Positions 45,718-51,786 of a stretch of 51,786 nt of DNA are shown one piece after another; position 1 is the stretch's first letter; each line of letters begins with the position of its first letter. A program made the translations under genes and the position numbers. This DNA comes from a virus (taxonomy: Duplodnaviria > Caudoviricetes), in the IMG/VR virus record IMGVR_UViG_3300025104_000002, positions 1-51,786 of that record. The stretch is one strand, 5' to 3'. Under the pieces are notes generated by a model. The model saw only the letters and a program-made list of their open reading frames with translations. It was not told where the DNA came from and did no database searches.

Positions 45718-46374
45718 GTGCGCCTGAGCCACTCCTACTCGTCGATCAAATTGTTCGAGAACTGCCCCCTGCGCTACTACCGCCAACGTATCACGAAGGA
45801 GGTGGACGATGAGGGCGGCGAAGCGTCAAAGTACGGTGAACGTATTCATGCGCTCCTTGAAAACCGACTGAAAGGGTCAGGGTTGCCGACCGAGGCAGCC
45901 CAGTACGAACCACTCTGTCAATCCGTGGAGAAGCTGGCGCGGCAGGGCGAACTGTACATCGAGAAGGAACTCGTACTCAACGACAACCTTACACCAACAG
46001 GTTGGTGGGATGCTGACGCATGGCTGCGCAGTAAACTTGACGTTCTTGTCATCGTCGGCAACGACGCTGTGGTCATGGACTGGAAGACGGGCAGGCGCAA
46101 CGCCGACCAGTTCCAGATGCAGATATTCGCGGCGCAGGTGTTCAAGCACTTCCCCGAGGTGCAGCGAGTCAAGACCTCACTCGTATGGCTCAAGACGATG
46201 GAGATGGACACGAACCAGTACAACCGCAGCAACGTGAACGCGGTCTGGGCCGAGATCATGAAGCGTATCCAGCGCATCCACGACGCCTACGAGCATGGCA
46301 ACTGGCCTGCCCGCCCGTCCGGGCTGTGCCGCTACTGCCCCTGCCGTCACGACTGTGACTATGCTAGGGTTTGA
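45718..46374 (+). CDS. PD-(D/E)XK exonuclease (RecB/Cas4-like)
   Basis: SYSSIKLFENCP, GERIH, KLDVL...MDWKTG, Q...F and C-terminal CRYCP...C. Confidence 0.85.
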   Translation: MRLSHSYSSIKLFENCPLRYYRQRITKEVDDEGGEASKYGERIHALLENRLKGSGLPTEAAQYEPLCQSVEKLARQGELYIEKELVLNDNLTPTGWWDADAWLRSKLDVLVIVGNDAVVMDWKTGRRNADQFQMQIFAAQVFKHFPEVQRVKTSLVWLKTMEMDTNQYNRSNVNAVWAEIMKRIQRIHDAYEHGNWPARPSGLCRYCPCRHDCDYARV

Positions 46375-46417
46375 CCTTACAAAAATACTTGACAGCAACG
46401 TAAAGAGGAGTGCTATA

Positions 46418-46723
46418 ATGAGCGCACTGACACCGGAAGGCAAGACCAAACGGATGGTGACGGAGGTTCTGAAGAAGTACAAGCTCTGGTACTTCTTCCC
46501 CGCAGCGAATGGCATGGGTCGCGCCGGAATCCCCGACATCATCACCATCGTGGACGGTGGCTTTGTGGGTATCGAGGTCAAGGCAGACAAGACCAAGAAG
46601 CCCACCGAGTTGCAAGTCCGCTGTGGCAAGGAGATTCAAGCGGCTGGTGGGCGTTGGTTCCTCGTGTTCGACGAGGGATCATGCGCTGAACTGGAACGAT
46701 ACATACAAGACAAGGTGATGTGA
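46418..46723 (+). CDS. VRR-NUC nuclease (possible resolvase)
   Basis: TPEG, GIPDII, FVGIEVKA, PTELQ, IQAAGG; GAGGAG SD. Confidence 0.85.
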   Translation: MSALTPEGKTKRMVTEVLKKYKLWYFFPAANGMGRAGIPDIITIVDGGFVGIEVKADKTKKPTELQVRCGKEIQAAGGRWFLVFDEGSCAELERYIQDKVM

Positions 46724-46724
46724 C

Positions 46725-48290
46725 ATGTTGGTAGTGGAGAAGGCCAAAGCCCTCGCACTGAAGCTGAACAACCCGAACCGGGTGCTGGACTCCATCCCCA
46801 CGGCCAAGTCACTGGAGGTACGGGGCACCCAGATCGTGGTGACACCACATCGACTAGATGAGGTCAAGGTGCTTCGCAACCTCGGCATCAAGGCACCATC
46901 GCCCATCCTCCACTACTACGACTGGCCGGGGCAGCACACCCCGTTCGACCACCAGCGCGAGACTGCGGCGTTCCTGACGCTGAACCATCGCTGTCTGGTG
47001 CTCAACGAAATCGGTACAGGCAAAACCCAGTCCGCGCTGTGGGCTGCGGACTACCTGATCAAGACCAAGAAGGTCAAGAAGGTGTTGATCCTGTCACCGC
47101 TCAGTACGTTGGAGCGTGTGTGGGGCGACGGCATCTTCACCGGGCTGGTCCATCGCCGCTTCGTGGTGCTGCATGGCACCGCTGAGAAACGCCTGAAGCT
47201 GCTGCGCACCGAGGCTGACTTCTACATCATCAACCACGACGGGTTCCCAATCATCAAGGACGAGTGTCACGGTATGTTTGATCTGGTCATCGTGGACGAA
47301 GCGGCAGTGCTGCGCAACCCATCGACCCAGCGGTTCAAGATTTTCCGCAAGTGGATCGACAACAACCCGCATGTACGGCTGTGGCTGATGACTGGGACGC
47401 CCACTCCCAACGCCCCCACGGATGCGTGGGCACTGGCGAAGCTGGTGGGTTCGCCCCACCTCACCAAGACGTTCACGGCTTTCCGTGAGCAGGTAATGAG
47501 GAAGATCGGCCAGTGGAAGTTCGTGCCACGCCCCGAGGCAGTGGACATCGTGAAGCACATCCTGCAACCTGCTGTGCGATTCACACGCGACGAGTGCTTT
47601 GACTTGCCTGAGACGATCATCCAGACCCGGCAGGTGGAACTCACTGCGGAGCAGAAGAAGCACTACACGCAGATGCTGCGTCACTTCGTGACCGAGGTGA
47701 GCCAAGACACGGCTCGTGGTGGAACCATCACTGCGGTCAACGAGGCTGTGAAGATTCAGAAACTGGTGCAGGTCGCCTGCGGCGTGGCGTATGGCGACGA
47801 CGGTCAGAACATCGAGATCGACTGCTCACCACGGATCAACTTAGTGAAGGAGGTTATCGAGGAAGCAGGTGAGAAGGTGATTCTGTTCGTACCACTGACA
47901 GGCACACTGCACTTGCTGGAGAAAGAACTGAGCAAACACTGGAGTGTTGGAGTCGTCAACGGCGAGGTGTCCAGTACACAACGCAACAAGGTATTCCACG
48001 ACTTCCAATATGGCACTGACCCCCACGTTTTGATTGCCCACCCCGGCACGATGGCACACGGTCTGACACTGACCACCGCCTCGACGATTATCTGGTACGG
48101 GCCGATCAACAGCAACGAGGTCTACGTGCAAGCGAACGGTCGCATTGAACGGATTGGCAAGAAGCGCGTGTCCAACGTGATCCACATCGAGGCCACGGAC
48201 TTGGAGCACAAGATGTACGAGCGACTGAAGAACAAGCAGAAGCTGCAAGGCTTGCTGCTCGACCTGATCAAAGAGCAAACACAGAGGTGA
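46725..48290 (+). CDS. SNF2-like SF2 helicase
   Basis: PFDHQ, EIGTGKT, VIVDEA, MTGTP, HGLTLT and QANGRIERIG motifs. Confidence 0.9.
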   Translation: MLVVEKAKALALKLNNPNRVLDSIPTAKSLEVRGTQIVVTPHRLDEVKVLRNLGIKAPSPILHYYDWPGQHTPFDHQRETAAFLTLNHRCLVLNEIGTGKTQSALWAADYLIKTKKVKKVLILSPLSTLERVWGDGIFTGLVHRRFVVLHGTAEKRLKLLRTEADFYIINHDGFPIIKDECHGMFDLVIVDEAAVLRNPSTQRFKIFRKWIDNNPHVRLWLMTGTPTPNAPTDAWALAKLVGSPHLTKTFTAFREQVMRKIGQWKFVPRPEAVDIVKHILQPAVRFTRDECFDLPETIIQTRQVELTAEQKKHYTQMLRHFVTEVSQDTARGGTITAVNEAVKIQKLVQVACGVAYGDDGQNIEIDCSPRINLVKEVIEEAGEKVILFVPLTGTLHLLEKELSKHWSVGVVNGEVSSTQRNKVFHDFQYGTDPHVLIAHPGTMAHGLTLTTASTIIWYGPINSNEVYVQANGRIERIGKKRVSNVIHIEATDLEHKMYERLKNKQKLQGLLLDLIKEQTQR

Positions 48291-48706
48291 TGACTATGAG
48301 TACAACCCCAAACTTGGGCGATGTGATCCGTACTTACATGAAGCTGCGCGACCAGAAAGCTGCCATCGAGGTAGAGACCAAGGAACGTGTTGCTGACCTG
48401 AAGGCCAAGATGGAGAAGCTGGAGGCATACCTCAAGGCGCAGATGGATGCGCAGGGGCTGACCAGTTTCAAGTCGGACTACGGGACGGCGTTCCTTACCA
48501 CCACGGACTACGCGAACGTAGCCGACTGGGACGCAGTACTGAGCTTCGTCCGCGAAAACGAAGCCTACGACATGCTGGAGAAGCGTGTCAGCAAGATCGC
48601 CGTGCGTGGCTACATCGAGGCCAACAAGGCGGTTCCTCCCGGCATTACATACGGCACCAAGCTGGAGGTGAACATTCGCAAACCCGGTGCTAAGAGCGAG
48701 GACTGA
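48290..48706 (+). CDS. Conserved replication-module protein with N-terminal coiled coil
   Basis: YMKLRD...TSFKSDYGT...DW...LEKRVSK...VPPG. Confidence 0.7.
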   Translation: MTMSTTPNLGDVIRTYMKLRDQKAAIEVETKERVADLKAKMEKLEAYLKAQMDAQGLTSFKSDYGTAFLTTTDYANVADWDAVLSFVRENEAYDMLEKRVSKIAVRGYIEANKAVPPGITYGTKLEVNIRKPGAKSED

Positions 48707-48708
48707 CA

Positions 48709-49083
48709 ATGATCAAAGCGTTCAAACGCTGGCTAGCAAAAGCTGTCCACGAAGGACTAGGAGAACAATCTAAGGAAGTAGTACAACCTAGCCGACTGGG
48801 CGACATGATGATGGACTCTGGTGTTGCGTTCATCGTGTTCCAGATCAACAACGGCTTCGTGGTGCGAACCATGAACCGGCACAACGACTTCTTTGGTAAC
48901 CGCAACCCCGGCTTCGTCTACTGCGCTGACCACCAAGCCATCGCAGATCACATCGTTTCGTCGGCAGTGAAGGACAAGTTGGGCGTGCAGTCCGACATGT
49001 TTGAGAAGGAGAAACAAGCAGCAGTTCGTCAGTACCAAGCGACCCAAGCCCGTGGCCCCGTCGCCACACAATCTCGCATCTAA
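48709..49083 (+). CDS. Hypothetical protein
   Basis: GAGG SD, 124 aa. Confidence 0.65.
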   Translation: MIKAFKRWLAKAVHEGLGEQSKEVVQPSRLGDMMMDSGVAFIVFQINNGFVVRTMNRHNDFFGNRNPGFVYCADHQAIADHIVSSAVKDKLGVQSDMFEKEKQAAVRQYQATQARGPVATQSRI

Positions 49084-49099
49084 CCCAAGGAGTCTCAAG

Positions 49100-50122
49100 A
49101 TGAGCAACATCGTCCCCATGAACATTCAAGTCCCCGCCCACCTCGCTGCCCGCATTGGTGTTCCATCTGCGCTGGCACAGTCCCTGACTGGAGGCTTGCC
49201 CTCTGGCAACTCGTTCCCACGCATCAGCATCAAGGGCGCTCGATTCCGCATCGTCGAGGGTGACACTGAGACTGTGCTGGACTCCACCACCATCGACGTG
49301 GTGATCGTTGGTGCCAACCCCCGCCTGTCTAAGACTTGGTACGCCAAGCAGTGGACGCCCGACTCTGAGCCGCAAGTACCCGACTGCTTCTCGTTGGATG
49401 GTATCAGCCCTGACCCTGAAGCCACTGCCCCACAGAACGATCTGTGTGCGTCCTGCCCGCAAAACGCATGGGGTTCCAAAGTGACCCCCCAAGGTCAGCA
49501 GATCAAGGCTTGCGCCGACCAGAAGCGACTGGCTGTGGTGGCTGCGGATGACCCTAGCGGCCCGATCTACCTGCTGTCCGTCACCCCGGCTGCGCTCAAG
49601 GGTCTGAACCAGTACCAGAAGGAGCTGTCTGTTCGTGGCATCCCGCCCGAGATCGTCAAGACTCGTGTATCCTTCGACACCGATGCGTCGTTCCCCAAGC
49701 TGAAGTTCACGTTCGGTGGCTTCCTTGATGCCGACACCCAGCAAGTTGTTGACGGTCTGTTTGGCTTGGAGCGAGTCAAGGAGATTACCGGGGAAATCCC
49801 TAGGACGCCAGTGGCTGTGTCGCAGATTGCCAATGCACCCGCCCCTGCACCAGTTGCGCCGAAACCCGCTGTCACAGCAGCGGCACCCGTTGCGGAACCT
49901 GCACCTGCCCCTGCACCCACACAGGCTGCTGCGCCCAAGCGTGGTTTCGGCGCATCCAAAGCCGCTGCGGCCCCTGCCCCTGCCCCTGCCCCTGCCCCTG
50001 CCGCTGCCCCGGCCAAGCCTGCCAAGGCTGCTGCCGCCCCTGTTGTGACGGCTGATGCCGCCACTTCTCTGGCCGACGAGATCGCCGCACTCATTGGGGA
50101 GGTGAGCGCAGATGACGCCTAA
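49100..50122 (+). CDS. Putative ssDNA-binding/annealing protein
   Basis: AAGGAG SD; RISIKG..FR, PDCFS.DG, CASCPQN, KAC, PKLKF; Pro/Ala linker and acidic tail. Confidence 0.6.
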   Translation: MSNIVPMNIQVPAHLAARIGVPSALAQSLTGGLPSGNSFPRISIKGARFRIVEGDTETVLDSTTIDVVIVGANPRLSKTWYAKQWTPDSEPQVPDCFSLDGISPDPEATAPQNDLCASCPQNAWGSKVTPQGQQIKACADQKRLAVVAADDPSGPIYLLSVTPAALKGLNQYQKELSVRGIPPEIVKTRVSFDTDASFPKLKFTFGGFLDADTQQVVDGLFGLERVKEITGEIPRTPVAVSQIANAPAPAPVAPKPAVTAAAPVAEPAPAPAPTQAAAPKRGFGASKAAAAPAPAPAPAPAAAPAKPAKAAAAPVVTADAATSLADEIAALIGEVSADDA

Positions 50123-50399
50123 GACGCCTCTCGACTTCAACAAGGTCGAGGCGCTTCGGAAGCACATGCTCCTGACAACCAGCGACATGGCTGAGTTGTT
50201 GGGAGTGTCACGGATGACGTATTATGGCTGGGTGAAGGGTAAGCCCCTTCGCAAGTCGAACGACGAGTCCGTGCGGGTGATGCTTCGTAGGCTGCTGGCA
50301 GTGATGAAAGACCACGGATGGCCCATGCCTGACGTGATCGCTTCGAATCAGAAGCAGCGCAAGGAACGCCTCATTTCGATTCTGAACTCGGATAATTGA
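50112..50399 (+). CDS. HTH DNA-binding protein
   Basis: TSDMAELLGVSRMTYYGWVKG (XRE-like HTH); GGAGG SD. Confidence 0.8.
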   Translation: MTPKTPLDFNKVEALRKHMLLTTSDMAELLGVSRMTYYGWVKGKPLRKSNDESVRVMLRRLLAVMKDHGWPMPDVIASNQKQRKERLISILNSDN

Positions 50400-50404
50400 G
50401 GTGA

Positions 50405-50426
50405 CGGGGAGGGATGTCCCTCCCCG
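50405..50426. promoter_or_regulatory. Inverted repeat upstream of primase-helicase
   Basis: CGGGGAGGGA-TG-TCCCTCCCCG, no U tract. Confidence 0.45.
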
Positions 50427-50442
50427 GTTCAGCAGGGGCGCT

Positions 50443-51786
50443 ATGAACACGTTGAGCTTTCTTCAGCGGGTTCTACCGTCGGCAGGGTTCTACGTCGCCA
50501 CCGTCATCAACCCAGATGGCAGACGCCAAGGATTCTTCGCCACAGTAGACGAACTCGCAAAGGCTGTGACTAGCCTTGACCAGCGCGGCAACAACACATA
50601 CTTCGCCATCTCGGCGTTCGTCGAGAAGGGAAGCCGGAAACAAGAAAATGTCCGGGCGACCAAGGTGATCGCACTGGACGTGGATTGCGGAGATGGCAAA
50701 CCCTTTCCCACGTGGAAGGAAGGACTGGTAGCACTAGGCAAGTTCGTCCAGCAACTGCGCCTACCCAAACCCCTCATCATCCACTCCGGCAATGGTCTGC
50801 ACGTTTACTGGGTGCTGACCGAAGAACTTGAGCCTGCGCGGTGGAAGCCGCTGGCCGAAGCCATGAAGGCTGCTGCCAAGGACAAAGGCTTCGAGATCGA
50901 CCCGGCTGTGCCCGCTGACAGTGCCCGAGTGCTGCGCCCCGTGGGAACCAAGAACCCCAAGAGCGGCAACGTCGTGAAGATGCTGCTGGATGGCCCGGAC
51001 GTAGCACCCGAGCAGCTTGCCGCTTGCCTGTCTGCGTACATGGTGGCTCAACCTGGAAGCCAGTCACGTTCAACATCCACCAGTGCGTTGTCACAAGCCC
51101 TCGCTGTCACGAGCGACCTACCCCCCGCCAATGCAGCGGTCGTGGCCGCGAAGTGCCAGCAGATCGGCTGGGCCATCAAGAACCAAGGCGACGTTGCGGA
51201 ACCCTTTTGGTATGCCCTGATGGGCATCGCCGCCTACTGCCAAGACGAAGTGGCGACCGCCATCGCATGGAGCGACCAGCACCCACAGTTCAACCAGAAC
51301 GAGACGGTGCGCAAGGTTCAGCACTGGAAGTCGGCCACCACTGGCCCGACGACCTGCAAGAAGTTCGAGGAACTGCGCCCTGCCGGATGCAAGGGCTGCA
51401 AGTTCAAAGACAAGGTGGGTACCCCGGCCCGACTCGGTATCCAGTACCTCGAAGTCGCGCCACCGACCACCGCCCCAGACAACGCGATTCACGAGATTCC
51501 TGTCCCACGTCCGTTCAAGCGCACCGCCGATGGTATGAAGATGACCATCGACGGGACTGACATCGACGTGTGCAAGTTCGACATCTACCCGGTGTCCTAC
51601 GGTAGAGACGAATCCCTTGGGTATGAGACGGTGCGCTTCCACTGGAACCGCCCGCATGTTGGCTGGCAGGAACTGACCATGCGTCAGGCACTGCTGACCG
51701 AAGGCCACCGGGACTTCCCGACCGTGTTGGCTGACCAAGGGATCGTGCTCAACAACCGTAACCAGACAGGATATTTTCAGACCATG
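50443..51786 (+). CDS. Primase-helicase, N-terminal part (AEP/RepB-like primase plus Cys motif); continues across the junction
   Basis: ATG at 50443 is in frame with the MRQALL at 51679 (=41); motifs ALDVDCG, IHSGNGLHVYW, DSARVLR and CKGC; joined protein about 949 aa. Confidence 0.85.
   Translation, partial: MNTLSFLQRVLPSAGFYVATVINPDGRRQGFFATVDELAKAVTSLDQRGNNTYFAISAFVEKGSRKQENVRATKVIALDVDCGDGKPFPTWKEGLVALGKFVQQLRLPKPLIIHSGNGLHVYWVLTEELEPARWKPLAEAMKAAAKDKGFEIDPAVPADSARVLRPVGTKNPKSGNVVKMLLDGPDVAPEQLAACLSAYMVAQPGSQSRSTSTSALSQALAVTSDLPPANAAVVAAKCQQIGWAIKNQGDVAEPFWYALMGIAAYCQDEVATAIAWSDQHPQFNQNETVRKVQHWKSATTGPTTCKKFEELRPAGCKGCKFKDKVGTPARLGIQYLEVAPPTTAPDNAIHEIPVPRPFKRTADGMKMTIDGTDIDVCKFDIYPVSYGRDESLGYETVRFHWNRPHVGWQELTMRQALLTEGHRDFPTVLADQGIVLNNRNQTGYFQTM
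51639..51786. repeat. Terminal direct repeat (circular assembly overlap), copy 2
   Basis: Matches 1-148; implies a circular unit of about 51,638 bp. Confidence 0.95.

Noticed and set aside
45718-46374. Cas4-like nuclease as evidence of CRISPR-Cas
   Set aside because: Stand-alone PD-(D/E)XK exonucleases are common in phage replication modules; no other cas genes or array
49970-50003. (GCCCCT)n repeat
   Set aside because: Encodes an ordinary Ala-Pro linker in the SSB-like protein

Overview
The window is a complete, circularly permuted dsDNA phage genome. Bases 1-148 repeat at 51639-51786 with one synonymous mismatch, giving a unit length of about 51,638 bp. It is GC-rich and podovirus-like, and the host is probably a Gram-negative proteobacterium (inference). 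The minus-strand arm (1644-32530) carries terS, terL, portal, scaffold, capsid, adaptors, a tailspike, an M15 endolysin and holin, a tail nozzle and large ejection proteins. The plus-strand arm (32924 round to 1654) carries early genes, a MoxR-AAA/vWA module, family A DNA polymerase, PD-(D/E)XK and VRR-NUC nucleases, an SNF2-like helicase, an SSB-like protein and a primase-helicase that spans the contig junction. The most striking feature is three inteins, one in terL and two in polA. None has an endonuclease in its own reading frame; each carries an HNH-type homing endonuclease gene overprinted in a different frame. It is antisense in the terL intein, +2 in polA intein 1 (with its own Shine-Dalgarno), and a centrally deleted relic in +1 in polA intein 2. 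A further HNH relic lies just upstream of polA. Other oddities are an (ACGC)22 tract between divergent promoters, a duplicated promoter plus 99-aa gene module flanking a repeat-rich origin-like region, and nested domain insertions in the tail nozzle. I recognised no integrase, RNA polymerase, tRNA or CRISPR array. All family assignments come from motif recognition by eye, not database searches.
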